DNA of 61,373 bases, filler included, from Circinaria calcarea (GCA_051942165.1; 3 parts of 3 records of this genome joined end to end with filler, not necessarily neighbours in it); one strand, 5' to 3'; positions 27,626 to 41,039 are shown, counted from the whole stretch's first letter. Notes: a model not told the origin generated them from the sequence alone. Translations and numbers: made by a program.

Positions 27626-30600
27626 ATGCCAGCCTCCCAAGTCAACTACCATTTGCCGTTGACTGACGATGGAGCTCCCGATGTCCCCGGAGGTTACATT
27701 TACCTACCCCCTCCAACTGAACCGGCCTACAACATACGTTTTTCAATTGAAGGCACCAGCTCCATATGTCGGCAGGGCAGCCTATGGGTTAACTTCCCTG
27801 AGGCTGGGAAGGACTTTGATAGGCAGAACTACCGTGAATACAAGTGTGTGGTCCAGCAACTGATGCCCCAGGGCTGTTCTTATACCTAACTGTACGTCAG
27901 CCTCCGACCAGACTTCCATCGTGTACTGGAGATCGATGTACCTGTCGTTGCGGCTGGTGCATTTGCTTTCTACACGACATATACCCCTCTTCCAGACTTC
28001 ACGACCAGTAGAGATGTCTCTCCCAAGCCGACCCAGACACCGACCTACTATCTCGACGTATCACCGCGCCTGACCCTGAATAAGGAATTATTGCCCCTTG
28101 ATGCCTTATCCATATTCTCCATCATTTCAAAGTTCATGGGGAAATATCCCTCGGATTGGGAGAAACACTTGAGAGGAATTGGACAAAGAGGCTACAACAT
28201 GGTGCACTTTACGCCATTGTCAGAAAGAGGGGCTTCAAATTCTCCATATAGCATCTATGATCAGTTGAAGTTTGATTCTTTGTGCTTCCCAAATGGAGAA
28301 AAGGATGTTGCTACGATGGTGAAAGGGATGGAAAAAGAGCATGGTTTGTTAGGCATGACCGATGTCGTTTGGAATCACACTGCCTATAACAGCAAGTGGC
28401 TCGAGGAGCATCCTGAGGCTGGTTACAACGTTGACACAGCGCCATGGCTCGAGTCTGCTCTTGAGTTAGATACAGCTCTACTCAAATTCGGGAATAACTT
28501 CAAGACCCTCGGATTACCTACCGTGATCAACAAGGTTGACGACCTTCTAAAGCTTATGGATGGCATGAAAACGCACGTCATTGGACAATTGAGATTATGG
28601 GAATACTACGTGGTCAATGTCAAAAATGACGTCCAAGCGGTTGTTGATTCGTGGACATCTGGAAAAATAGCGGCACCGGGCTTGGGGCTTGAAGATTCTC
28701 GCATCGGTAGTATGGAGGGTGCGAAAGACTGGACACTCAAGCGAAAGGCGGATTTCTTACTCGAAAATGGCTTCCTCGGAGCAGGGGAGTTAGGCTCTAG
28801 GTATCATCGGCGTATAGATCCTAAGGTAGGTGCGGCGCTACTAGCAGCTATCTGTGGTCGGCACGGCTCTGAAGACCAAGCGGCGGTGAGTCTAGACGCT
28901 GCCTTGAGCACGATGACAAAGATTCTGGACGAGTTAAATCTGAATTTCTACCGAGAATACGACGTAGATGTCACGGAGATAATGGAGCAGGTCTTCAACC
29001 GCGTCAAATATCTCCGACTAGATGATCATGGCCCAAAGCTTGGTGAAATCACACCAAAAAGCCCTTTCATCGAGTCATACTTTACCCGAATACCGTCCAA
29101 TGCTACCACTGGAAAATATAACTCTTCGAGTCTTGCATTGGTCAATAACGGTTGGGTCTGGGCTGCTGACGCAATGAGAGACAATGCTGGGCCGAGTTCC
29201 AAGGCCTATCTACGAAGAGAGGTCATAGTGTGGGCAGACTGCGTGAAGCTAAGATATGGAAAGTCCCCCGCCGATAGTCCATTCCTGTGGGATTATATGG
29301 CAAGATACACACGGCTTATGGCTAAGCATTTCGCTGCTTTCCGTATTGACAACTGCCATTCAACCCCATTGGTGGTTGCCGAGTACCTTCTCGATGAAGC
29401 ACGCAAAGTGCGACCCGATATCGCCATCTATGCCGAGCTCTTTACAGGATCAGAGGAGATGGACTATGTTTTTGTCAAAAGACTTGGAATCAGTGCATTG
29501 ATTAGAGAGGCCATGCAGGCTTGGAGTACTGCAGAGCTCAGCAGACTGGTTCACAGACATGGTGGAAGACCAATCGGTAGCTTCGAGATCGACGAGGTGT
29601 CCGGCTATGACAAGAAAAGACCCTCCCAAGGAGAAACGAACGGTGTAAGCGGTACATCGTCATCCCAGAGGAATGTTGTTCATAGGATTAAGCAAAGTCC
29701 GGTCCATGCACTTTTTATGGATTGCACCCACGATAATGAGGTCCCAGCGCAAAAGCGTGATGCTCGGGATACCCTGCCTAATACAGCCCTGGTCAATATG
29801 TGTGCTTGTGCTACGGGTAGCGTTATGGGCTACGACGAAATTTATCCTAAGCTGGTGGATATAGTACATGAGAAGCGCTTGTACTCTTCGCCGTATTCCG
29901 AAAAAGAAGTGACTATCGGCGGGGGGGAAGGCGGAATTGGTGGCATCAAGAAACTACTCAACCAAATCCATGTCATGATGGGCAAAGATGGATATGATGA
30001 AACCCATATTCACCACGAAGGCGAGTTCGTTACAGTACACCGAGTCCATCCACTTTCGAGAAAAGGCTATTTCGCGGTTGCGCATACCGCATTTCCAGGT
30101 TATGGGAATGGGAATGGCAGTCTCAGCCCCGTGCATTTGACGGGTACGAAGGCCAAGTTGCTCGGTAGCTGGACGCTCGAAGTAGACGCAAGTGAAGCCA
30201 CGAAACAATCTGTATTAGCTGATAAGGAAGTCCTCAAAGGCCTACCCAGCCGAGTCATGGATGTTCAAGGCGTCAGCTTAGATAGCAAAGCCGAAGAGAC
30301 GATCATCTCCATTCCGAGCTCATTTCCTCCGGGCAGCATTGCCTTATTTGAGACGTGGATTCCAAGTGCCGAGCATTCTGAAGGTCTGGATGCCTTTGTT
30401 ACCAGTGGTGCCAAGAAAGCTTTTGGCGTGCTCAGTCTTGTGGATCTCAACTTCGTCCTCTATCGTTGCGACGAGGAAGAACGTGACTTTAGTGGCGGCA
30501 AAGACGGTGTCTACAATGTTCCCAACTATGGTCCTTTGGTTTACGCAGGTCTTCAAGGCTGGTGGAGTGTACTACGCGATGTAATCCGTAACAATGATCT

Positions 30601-32424
30601 AGGTCATCCGATCTGCCAACACCTCCGGAGTGGACAATGGGCGCTCGATTACGTTGTTGACCGGCTCGAGCGTCTGTCTAAGCAAGAGGGTCTTGCATCG
30701 CTTCACCAACCTGCAAGCTGGCTTGCAGAGAGGTTTGCTGCGATACGAAAGATTCCAAGTTTTCTACTGCCAAGATACTTTGCTTTAGTTATTCAAACCG
30801 CATATGGCGCCGCATGGGATCGGGGCATGGAGCTCATGAGTGATGATGTTCAACACGGGCAGGGTTTCTTACAGAAACTGGCAATGGTCAGTGTCCAGCA
30901 AACCGGACTTACAAAGTCTGCTTCATTGTATCCTACCAAAAGCGTTCCTTGCCTCGCAGCAGGTCTTCCTCATTTCTCAACGGATTGGACTCGGTGTTGG
31001 GGTCGAGATGTGTTTATTTCACTCAGAGGTATCTTCCTTGCTGCTGGCAGGTTTTCTGATGCAAGGGAGCACATACTGGCGTTCGCCAGTGTACTGAAGC
31101 ACGGCATGATACCCAATCTCCTCAGTCGTGGTAAATTGCCACGATACAATTCCAGAGATTCAGTCTGGTTTTTTTTACAGACCATTCAAGAATACACTAA
31201 TATGGTGCCGAACGGCATTGCCATCATGAAAGAGAAGGTTGCTCGACGGTTTCTACCGTATGATGATACGTTTTTTGAGTTTGACGACAAGCGAGCTTAC
31301 TCTGTCAAGTCTACAATAGAAGAAATTGTGCAGGAAGTGCTACAGAGACATGCTACTGGATTGTCGTTCCGTGAAGCTAATGCCGGAGAGAAACTTGATA
31401 TGCAGATGAAATCCGAAGGTTTCCAGATTGATGTCAAAGTTGACTGGGACACCGGTATTATCTTTGGTGGCAACCAACACAACTGTGGTACTTGGATGGA
31501 CAAGATGGGGGAAAGTCCCAGAGCAGGAAGTAAGGGCGTTCCGGGTACACCTAGAGACGGTGCTGCGATCGAAATTACCGGTTTGGCATATAGTACGCTA
31601 GTATGGGTGGCTCGGCTTCATAAAGAGGGGAAGTATCAGTACGACGGTGTCGAGACCAGCGAAGGGCATAAAGTTTTGTTCGCTGACTGGGCCGCGATGA
31701 TCGAGAAGAACTTCGAACGTTGCTACTACGTTCCTGTCGACCCCAAGGAAGATTCACAGCACGACATCAACTCCGCTATCGTCAACCGGCGAGGAATCTA
31801 CAAGGACCTGTACAAATCAGGCAAAGAATACGAAGACTACCAACTCCGTCCCAACTTCCCTATTGCTATGACCGTAGCTCCACAACTCTTTACCCCAGAT
31901 AAAGCCCTCCATGCGCTTGAGCTCGCTGATACGATCCTCCGTGGTCCCACAGGCATGGCTACCCTTGATCCTTCAGATCTCAATTACCGCCCTTACTACA
32001 TCAACTCGGAAGATTCCACCGATTTCGCCACATCCAAAGGACGAAATTACCACCAGGGTCCGGAGTGGTTATGGCCTACCGGATATTTCCTTCGAGCGCT
32101 GTTGAAGTTTGATCTTATGAGGAGGGAGACGAAAGAGGAGAGGACGGAGGCATTCCAGCAGATTACGAGGAGGCTGGCGGGCTGTAGGAAGGCGATTGAC
32201 GAGTCTCCGTGGGCGGGGCTTCCCGAATTAACGCAGAAGAATGGGGAGTTTTGCGGGGATTCGGTGAGTTTTCTCTGTCGTTGGATTTTGCCGCAACGAA
32301 TGAGCGTGTACTGATTGTGTCATTCTAGTCACCTACGCAAGCCTGGTCGGCGGGGTGCCTGATAGACTTGTTTTACGATGCCAGGGAGCTTTCTTTAGAA
32401 TTGTTACAGGGGGGGTCTGCGTAA
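27626..32424 (+). CDS. GDB1: Glycogen debranching enzyme (4-alpha-glucanotransferase / amylo-1,6-glucosidase)
   Basis: GYNMVHFTPL..SNSPYSIYDQL, FRIDNCHSTP, FMDCTHDNE, RCWGRDVFISLRG, CGTWMDKMGES, NYHQGPEWLW, terminal SPTQAWSAGCLIDL. Introns ~27845-27900 and 32263-32328. Confidence 0.97.
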
Positions 32425-33027
32425 AGGTAAGAAAAAGTATCTGTTTTCGGGTTCCCGGCTGGTCAAGAGTTGCTACCGGACTGTCAGTAGTGACTGTCAA
32501 TGGTGAAAAGGCCAGGGCTGGTTGAGCCTAGCATAGCTAGATTGATGGTCTGGCTTCTTATAAACAGATTAGAGGACCTAGAGGAATATATTAGACGGTA
32601 TCCTATCGTTGCAACCCGACTCTTGCCTTGAGTCCACATTTTGACATGCAACGACCGAACAAAGTAACCCTATACCTAAGGACATGGGAGAAGGACAGAT
32701 CTTCGAGCTTGGATGAAGATCCGGTGGTTGAACAAGGCCACGATTATCCCGTAATTTCAGAGCTGCTAGGTTTTCGAACTCTGCATCTTACATAAACATG
32801 CTTTTCTGCAATAAACTTCAAATGGACTTTGTGCTCTGCGAATTCCCAATCAGGTTCATTGACTTCTGATGGTTGATCAAAAAAGGGATCATTTCAACAT
32901 CTTTCTTCTTTCCATTGCCAATTACTAAGCTGTAGACGCCTGCAGAGATTGGCCATGCTGCCCTTATGTGATCAATTCCGCCTCCCGCCCCTTCCTGGTC
33001 CGACAAAGCCTCTCCATCACCCCGGAA

Positions 33028-33355
33028 TTATCTCAACCTCCTGGCTTCACGTTCCGACTCTAGGAGGCACAGGATGTCGTCTTCTTTGACCGGTCTATAC
33101 GAGGAACCTTAGTCATAACTTTCATTTGGTCTGTGGGTAGTCTTACCCTTTCACGTTTCTGATGATGCTTCGTGTGGTATCGTCCATGAACTCGACGCGC
33201 ACTTGCGTGACGCCTCCTCGCGAACCTGCGGCCCATCAGCATTCGGCTTGAGAACACCAATTTCGATGTAGGAATTGTGGTGAAGAGGACTTACCGGTAC
33301 GGCCTAGTACACGGGTTACCTTGACCAACTTGACTGGTATCTTTGAGGAATCCAT
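33028..33355 (-). CDS. RPS28: 40S ribosomal protein S28 (eS28)
   Basis: Spliced [68 protein letters not shown]. Introns 33226-33294 and 33095-33146. Confidence 0.97.
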
Positions 33356-33786
33356 CGTGTGGGAGTTTTTGGGATCGATTGGTGAGATGGTAAGGGCGAA
33401 AGGGTTCGTATCGAGTGTGGTGTCGTCGGTCAAAGGTTGCCTTGGAATTGTGTGGATTGAAGATTCGCTTAATTTTTCACGCACAAATCGCGAGGAAGAC
33501 GAAGAGCCGCATCTTTGAGCTATCTTAGCGTCCACACTACGGTACTGATAACGTTCCTGGACTTGGATATACTTTTGCAGTCTATGGAGGGGGAATATTC
33601 TATGTTCCCTTCTGCAGATACTTTGGATACATTGATCCATTGAGGACTCTGCTATAGATTTATTTCTGCCGCTCTCCAGGAGGAGTGCCTTCCCGGAGCT
33701 ACGAGCGCTTCAACAACAGCTATTTCGACTTTCGTGACATTGGCCGCATTACCACAGAGCCGCGCAGAACAGCAATTGCGACGCAT

Positions 33787-33793
33787 TGAGTCA
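33787..33793. promoter_or_regulatory. Gcn4/CpcA (cross-pathway control) binding site upstream of HIS1
   Basis: Perfect TGAGTCA about 190 nt upstream of the HIS1 ATG. Amino-acid biosynthesis genes are established Gcn4/CpcA/CPC-1 targets. Confidence 0.65.
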
Positions 33794-33983
33794 CCAGTGC
33801 CAAGAACAGAGGCCAATTTCCTACAATCGACTTACCTATACACTTAGGATGTAACGACGCCTCAATCGCAAAAGACTTTATACGCTAGAAGACACAATTG
33901 GAAGATCCAAGGTTGAATCCTAAGCCGACTCTTGACGCCCGCGTCCGGATCTCCTCTCTACTGCATTGCAAATAAGTACGAAG

Positions 33984-35223
33984 ATGGAGCTCGTCAATCA
34001 GTGAGTATTCAAGGAGCCGGGCAGCGGCAAGATGATCTCCCAGAATCGTACCCTTCCAAACTATCAATCGGCTAATTACTTAGAAAGTCTTGAAGGTCGT
34101 CTCCTCTTTGCAGTGCCTAAAAGTAGGCGTGCCTCAACCATCGCATTATGGCCTTGCTGATTCCTGTTCACAAGAGGGCCGCCTTCAACAAGCGACACTC
34201 GACCTACTCTCCGGCTCCGACATCCAATTCAGACGAGAGACGCGCCTCGACATTGCCCTTGTTAAGAATCATGACATTGCCCTCGTCTTTCTCCCAGCGG
34301 CCGATATACCAACTTTTGTAGGTGAGGGCCGGGTAGATCTTGGTATCACAGGTCGAGACCAGGTAGCCGAGCATGAGGCTACGTCTCCTTCTACAGAATA
34401 TTCTGGCGTGGAGGAGGTGCTAGATTTGGACTTTGGAAAATGCAGGTTACAAGTCCAAGTACCTGAAAAGGGGCCCATACAAGATGCAAAGGATCTCATA
34501 GGGAAGAATGTAGTTACAAGTTTTACAGGCTTGACGGAACAGTATTTTTCGGAGCTGGAAGGGCATACATCGGAAGATGGAATCGCCAACGGAGAGGGTT
34601 CACCGCGGCGGAGGAAGCTGAAGACGAAGATAAAATATGTCGGAGGTAGCGTGGAAGCAGCTTGCGCGCTTGGAGTAGCTGATGGAATCGTCGATTTAGT
34701 TGGTGGGTCATACTCTATTCTTTCCCATCTTAGTCAGGTTTTGACGTGGGGTTACAGAATCTGGCGAAACAATGAAAGCCGCCGGTCTCAAAGCCATTGA
34801 TACCGTCGTGACCAGTACTGCCGTGTTGATCAAGTCCAAACATCCTTCGAGTCAGAAACTTGTCGATCTGATTGCCTCTCGAATTCGCGGTGTCATCAGT
34901 ATGTCAACCCCTTTGCTCTTCCATCCACATGACTCTGCATCTTTCCCTCGCCCCGCCCCAACCCCCCTTACTAACCGAGTCCTTCAGCCGCTCAACAGTA
35001 CGTCCTCTGCCAATACAACATCCCCCGCGCCGACCTCGACGTTGCCAGGGATATCACCCCCGGTAAACGCGCCCCCACAATCACAGCGCTGGATGCTTCC
35101 GATTGGGCGGCTGTTAGTGCTATGGTGGAGAAGAAGGAGATCGCTACAGTCATGGATCGGTTAACGGGGGCGGGGGCTACGGATATTCTGGTGCTGGCCA
35201 TTGCGAATTCGAGAACTGGGTGA
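33984..35223 (+). CDS. HIS1: ATP phosphoribosyltransferase
   Basis: Spliced MELVNHLEGRLLFAVPKKGRL...FLPAADIPTFVGEGRVDLGITGRDQV...GGSVEAACALGVADGIVDLVESGETMKAAGL...TPGKRAPTITAL...GATDILVLAIANSRTG*; four introns. Confidence 0.96.
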
Positions 35224-35336
35224 TGAGAGACCTGGTAGGACTGGAAAGGGGATGGTTCGATGGGAGGCATGTTTGTATTTCGGCCTTTTTGTGCATGAAG
35301 CCTATCTTCTTCCATCATGCGAGAGTAGAGCATATC

Positions 35337-37017
35337 TCAAGTAGCCTTCCACACCCTCCAAAGCTTCTCCGCGATATCATCCATAACAGTTGATTTGACC
35401 CACCGCATAATCCGTAGTATTACCAGGAAGAACGCCACCACCGTATCCAAAGAAGACGCGTGACAGAATTGGAAAAAGTGCATGTTGTAGTAGCGCACAC
35501 TCGCATCGGAGGTGTTGTAATGGACCCAAAGTTCCATTACAGGGCCTTCGCTGCAAATTGAGAAGGCCAGAGGAGAGTCGGGGGAATGGCTTCCGGCAAG
35601 CTCGGAGAGCTGGTTCTGGATTACAAGCATCATGCTTCCCGAGACTGCGGCCTGGTTCTGCGCCTCGTACAAGGACTTGCCGGTGGCATACGATTTACCT
35701 TCAACGACGAGTGGTGGGAATCGAAGGAGCAAGGCGGGCTGCGCGGGGCACGATACGAGTGCTTTATCGTATTGAAGATCCTTCAAAAGCTCGTCGGCAT
35801 GAGGCTTGAGGACGCCTACGGATTCAAGCTTTGCGGCAACGATGTCATGGTGCAGTCCGACCGTTATGTCCGGACAAGGGGTCTTGACGCTGCCGGCGTC
35901 TTGCTTAGGCGGACATGGAGGTGGCGGCATAGTCGACGCTGACCCGTCTGGCGTCATATAAGGCTGTCGCTCCTTATTTGACCCGTCAAGAGCACTGTTC
36001 GTATCATTGGGAGGCTTGGCTGGAAGAACAGAGCTGTAGCGTCGCCGTTGAACGGTGGGTGTTAGGGCCGGATTCCAATCTGTGACAACGTGAGCTAGCG
36101 ATACGGCTGGTACGGCTTTGATGCCTTACCAGCCTTCCTGCGAATGGCATAAGTTTGACCTAGAAGCTTTTTGTTCATTGATTCCAGAGCATGAAAGATC
36201 TGTTCGACCGAGTCATCTTCACGACACGCAGCTTTCAAAACATCTGCAAAATCATCGCACAAGGACTTCGCGATTGAAATAACCTCGCGCTTATCGTCCT
36301 CCGAGATTAGAGACTGCATTATGGAATCGAGGCGAGTTTGGACATGCTCGGGCATATTATTATGCTGAAAAACAATTCGCTGACGGTCGAGTGTTATTAA
36401 ACGGTAGTTGGACAGTGAGAGTGACGACTTGTGGGTGGATGTGGAGACAGTCGTGATGCTATCCTCGGAGAGGTCTGTGATGCTTGATTGAGACCGAGAT
36501 CGCTTGTTCTTCATGCTGTCGAATGCTTCCGGGTCTTTCTGGCGATTAAGATTGTCCAACTCCGCCAGATTCTTCTTGCTAAGGGGTGTGAAAGCTACAG
36601 CTGGCTTGTCCGTAGGCGGTGAAGGCGGCCGTTGTCGTTTGTGCGATTCTTCCTCTTTCAGTCCGCGTTTCCGTTTCCGCCCTTGGGATCGTGGAGACTC
36701 GTCCAGATTCGCAGGCGTCTTTGAAAGTGGCTGGGCAGGCTTCAGTGGATTGGCTTGGGCGACTAAGGAACCGATTGATGATTCTGCTTGTGCTTGGCTA
36801 CGATTGATAGGAGGGGTGAGATCGCGGGTGAAGGCGCTGCATAGACGATTTGCTCGAGTTGGCAAGGACTTTCGGGGAGCAGTGGTCTTCTTGTGTTTTC
36901 GAATGCCTGTAGATGGTTTCCCTTAAAACTATCAGTATGGGAGGTTAAGGGAAGAGGAGCTGGGTAGGTACATTTTGCAGGACTCTGCTCGGGCGCATGT
37001 GTGAGTCTGGGAGCCAT
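35337..37017 (-). CDS. Accessory protein with C-terminal PD-(D/E)xK-like (DUF7924-type) domain
   Basis: Three exons joined by introns near 36923-36972 and 36081-36130. Basic disordered N-terminus (KRKRG). C-terminal KTPCPDITVG...FPPLVVEGKSYATG..LYEAQNQAAVSG...AFSICSEGPVMELWVHY. Confidence 0.72.
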
Positions 37018-37189
37018 GGAGAGTGGAGGAAAGAGCAACCCAGTTAACCTGGGGCGGGGTGATAGTCGTCAACTTCGAGATAGGGATGCAAAGACAGTCT
37101 GCGCTCCCAGTTTCTCAGGATACCCCGTGGTCATGGGAGAGTTTTTCCCTAAATATGCCATGTCAATACTTGGACCAGTCCACTGTGCT

Positions 37190-37460
37190 TAGGCTACGTA
37201 GAGCGTGGGTGTTATACCCCGTGGGTAGGGCTATAAGGCGCCCCGTAGGGCGAAACCCCTATAGGGCTGCCACCTGGGAACCGTGATAGCTTTTATATAT
37301 TGCGTATAGCTATAATATTGCTAGTGTTTTATACTATTATATATTTTCGCTATAAATATTTTTTAAATAAATTATTTTACGGCCTTATACTTTCTTCAAG
37401 GTTCCTTTGATTAAATTAAAAAAAATGCGGAAAATAATTTATCGCGATTAAAAGTATTAA
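37190..37460. repeat. AT/TpA-rich degenerate tract, probable RIP-mutated repeat or transposon remnant
   Basis: Abrupt switch to TpA-rich sequence (tatatattgcgtatagctataatatt..., aaatattttttaaataaatt), preceded by near-palindromic CCCCGTRGG / CCCCTATAGGG units. Confidence 0.5.
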
Positions 37461-37505
37461 ACTCGGATGTAAATACAAAAACAAAGCAGACTGAATAATT
37501 TCAGT

Positions 37506-38105
37506 CTATCCCAACTCCACCCGACACGTCGAACCTGCCACATACAACCCCGACTCCTGCTCATACGCAGTCGCAAACTCAAGCATGTGATTCCAAGCAT
37601 CAAACATGGCAACATCGCTCGAAACGGACCTATACACCGTCCACCCGGTCTCAGATTCCGGATCAGCCAGCTTGGCAATAAAGACATCGCCTCTAAAGTC
37701 TAGAAATGCCCCGCTGATAAGACTGGCCTTGTGCTGATTAACAGAGAGGTGGCGTGCAGTTGACCAGAAAACAATGTACGTTTCGTTGGCAATAGGATTG
37801 ACGTGTTCCCTGATCGTGAACCTGGCGTTGTGCCGTGGATCCCAGCCATAAACGCCCCAATAGGGACACAAGTCCGGCACGCATGTCACCAGTATCGGGG
37901 CATTGCCTGTCCCAACTATTGCCACGGGGATGCATTCGTATGGAGTGCCATCATATGGAATTCGTACGACTAGGGGAGTAATAGCGGGCGGGTCTATCGA
38001 TTCACCATCGACTCTTGAGTTCGGGTATGCCATGGTAGTGCCATTGACAGTCGCGACCGCAGATGATATATCAGTGCCATTGATAGTTATGGCCGGAGTG
38101 GTCAT
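37506..38105 (-). CDS. Hypothetical protein, 199 aa
   Basis: Uninterrupted ORF with ATG in good context and globular composition (VPDLCPYWGVYGW, FRGDVFIAKL). No family recognised. Confidence 0.65.
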   Translation of the reverse strand: MTTPAITINGTDISSAVATVNGTTMAYPNSRVDGESIDPPAITPLVVRIPYDGTPYECIPVAIVGTGNAPILVTCVPDLCPYWGVYGWDPRHNARFTIREHVNPIANETYIVFWSTARHLSVNQHKASLISGAFLDFRGDVFIAKLADPESETGWTVYRSVSSDVAMFDAWNHMLEFATAYEQESGLYVAGSTCRVELG

Positions 38106-38716
38106 GGTGTAAATTGTTGTCCTTATGGTTGTTCAGATTTAATAGAGCACTCTGACAAGGTTCCACAAATGTGTAGGCGCAATCCTGTCCAACCTTGAAG
38201 GAGGTGGGTGGTGTAGCTATATACTCTCTTGTCAGCATGTCGAGCAGGGACAAACAGTAGATGGTGATATATATGAGTAACCTGCCTGGCTGTAGGAAAA
38301 CTCCAGGATAGCAAACAGAGGTTAAAGCATCTGGACATGAAATGCTCTATAAACGAGGAAACTGACATGTATGATTCAATGATGGCTGTTAAATCAACCA
38401 GCTGATCGTCGCGCTTCGCTGGCTAAACTCTTAGAACAACGCATTAAGAGCTGTCATCCCACGTTGTAGGCGGTAGCGATCATTCTCTGATGGTAGAAAT
38501 CGTTCGATAAAGGACGTGATTGGTTGATTATATATAGGCTTGCCTCCTTATTTTCTAGGGGGGATCCGCGCACCAAAGGAGGTACGGCCTCGAGTACCAT
38601 CAGATTTTGTGCAAGTCGTAAGTACGAGGGTGTTGTTATGACCGATAGGGACCCTAGATCCGCCTGTCATCCAACTCACCAAACTTCCCTAGTTATCCAT
38701 CTTTCGCCTCTTCCAT

Positions 38717-39137
38717 TCAGACTCTCCTTAGCCACCCCCAAAATCCCATACCAACCCAGCAGCACCCCACAATTACCCCTACAACTGTGATAACCATGCC
38801 CATAACAACCCACTTCCTCATTTCTAGTGCCCTTCCAATCTCCATCCTCGCCATCTTCCTATGTTTCGCGCGCCAGAACCACGATTCCTCGCTCGTACCT
38901 CGGGTGTAATTGAGAGAGTTATGATCGCGGGTATTAACTAGGAGAAGGGAGAAGAGAAAGGAGGCGAAGAGGAGGGGGTTGAAGAAGAGGCGGGTGAGAA
39001 GGGAATCTGGGGGTGGGGAGTGGGTAGATGTGTTGTCAGTGCGGTTTTGAGAAGGGTTAGAGGAGGGTGGTTTGGCCATGGAGAAGGAAGTGGAAGAGCT
39101 GAATGACGAGATAACGGTTGGAGAGGACATGCCCATG
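38717..39137 (-). CDS. Small two-TM hypothetical membrane protein
   Basis: Hydrophobic segments FFNPLLFASFLFSLLLV and WVVMGMVITVVGVIVGCCWVG flank WRAKHRKMARMEIGRALEMR. Start uncertain (ATG 39137 or ~39079). Confidence 0.7.
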
Positions 39138-40277
39138 GTGCGTTGTAAAGCAGGCGGGGGGAAACGATGAGTGCCTTGGTGGTATCTTATGTGCAAGTCT
39201 TGTATTCGCGATAGGCTTATAGTTGGATTCGCGCAACCTCGATTTCTCAAGAGAACCGAGGTATTTCAAGACTTTCTTAGACCAATATATAACTTTCGTT
39301 CGATGCTCTCGGTCAGCCAGGAAGAAATTACGTCGGCAACTTCGGATGACTATTGTTATCTAATCTGGCATTAGGGGAACTGCATCTTGGCTAGCGTATC
39401 TAAAAAATACTTGGCTTCTCACCAGACATTTATACATTCTACCACAGTACCATAAGCTCTAGCAAGCTTCTACCTACATTGGAAGATAAAAGCCGGGTAT
39501 TTGCTGTTATTTTTAAAGACTTAAGCCTATCCGCTCCGAGCCGTGCGTCTCAAGTCTGAGAGTGCAAAGGCAGGACAAAGGATCCGAAAGATGGCCAAAT
39601 ATACGATGATTATACTACCAGGGGCTGCAGCCTACAACCACTTACGGGGAGTGCACGTTGCGAGGAAAAGTCGGTGGAAGTTAATTGATGTGGGATTTAG
39701 TAAACACGAATCTGGCCTTATTGTGTATGTAGGATCCATGAGCTTCGACTAATTGAGATACAGCCAGGAAAAGGACGCAGCTGGTGCCCCCGATCTATTT
39801 GGAGCGTTAGGCGTATTACTGTAGGATTGCAGCCTAATAGTCATTGACAGATATCAGAAATGCCTCATGTTAAAATGCTCCTCGTAGTGAAGCAGTTTTA
39901 TGGTTGATGTTCTTCTGAAAAGGCCGACTTTTAGATCGATATGGTCATAACTTGGCCAGGCGGCGTAGCATGCTGGGCAGCGACCTTTCACCGAGGGAAG
40001 AGGAATCAATAAAGCCATAACAGATGAAGAATGATGATACGAGGTAGGTAGTAAAGCGAAGGATGGCAAGAAGTGCTAGAGGAGTAGCTAAGTGATAGCG
40101 GTAATTGAGGATTCTCGACCGAACCGAACCGGTACGGAATATGGTGCTATGCAACCGTGTTCCCAGCGGATGATAACAAAATACAGTTTCACCAAGCGCC
40201 AAAGCTCAGCAAAATCCCTGGATATCCTTTTTCCCTCCCCAAGTTTCAAACGCCAAACCAGATGCCAAGGATGGATA

Positions 40278-40939
40278 TCACTCAATCTTGGGCGGATTCT
40301 TACTATTCGTACTATGCGAGAATGGACTATGGCTTCGTCTGCAGTCACCAGAGTTAGCGCCTGATTCACTGAAATGCTTACGGAGGGAATACCCACGATC
40401 TCCTCTCACCTTCCTTTCTATATTCTTCAATAATGTGCATCATCTCCTTTCTCCCTGCCGCAGCATCCACGGTCCTCCCTGCCATACTCATGTTAATCTG
40501 CTGCGACGAACCTGCTTTGAGCAGTCGCCTCAACAATAGATGTTTCATGTGTATGCAAACGAACAGCCCACAGTCACTGCCGTTCTCCTGCTGCGGTGAA
40601 TCATCCAAGTCGACGAATTTCAAGTCCTTGCCTATCAAGGTACCGATCCTCTTCGTTAACAGCGTGGCATCGTGGCTGTTTGATGGATAGAGGGAATCAT
40701 AGTGGAATGCAACCCCATCAATAATACTGACGACAAGTAAAGACCAATGGCTGCCACCTTCCCCGATTTCGGCAACACGGTCGTTGATGGGAACAAAAAT
40801 GTGCGTCGTCTCGGTAAAGTCTGGAAGATTGCCTTTAAGGCTGGCAGTATCGGGTATAATCTTGAGCATCTGGGACATGGTAGGGCGGAGAAGGACGATA
40901 TGCGCATTCTGGTGCTGGCTAAGGTGTTCACGTTCGAGG
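40278..40939 (-). CDS. NEDD8-specific cysteine protease (SENP8/DEN1/DenA-like, Ulp1/C48 family), 5' end in gap
   Basis: HIFVPIND, GGSHWSLLVVS (His), FHYDSL (Asp), PQQENGSDCG (Gln/Cys). Last exon ..RSHSPFSHSTNSKNPPKIE* after an intron near 40339-40397. Confidence 0.88.
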
Positions 40940-41039
40940 NNNNNNNNNNNNNNNNNNNNNNNNNNNNNNNNNNNNNNNNNNNNTTAATTAATTAANNNNN
41001 NNNNNNNNNNNNNNNNNNNNNNNNNNNNNNNNNNNNNNN
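40940..41039. other. Scaffold gap with artificial six-frame-stop linker
   Basis: N44-TTAATTAATTAA-N44. Confidence 0.97.
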
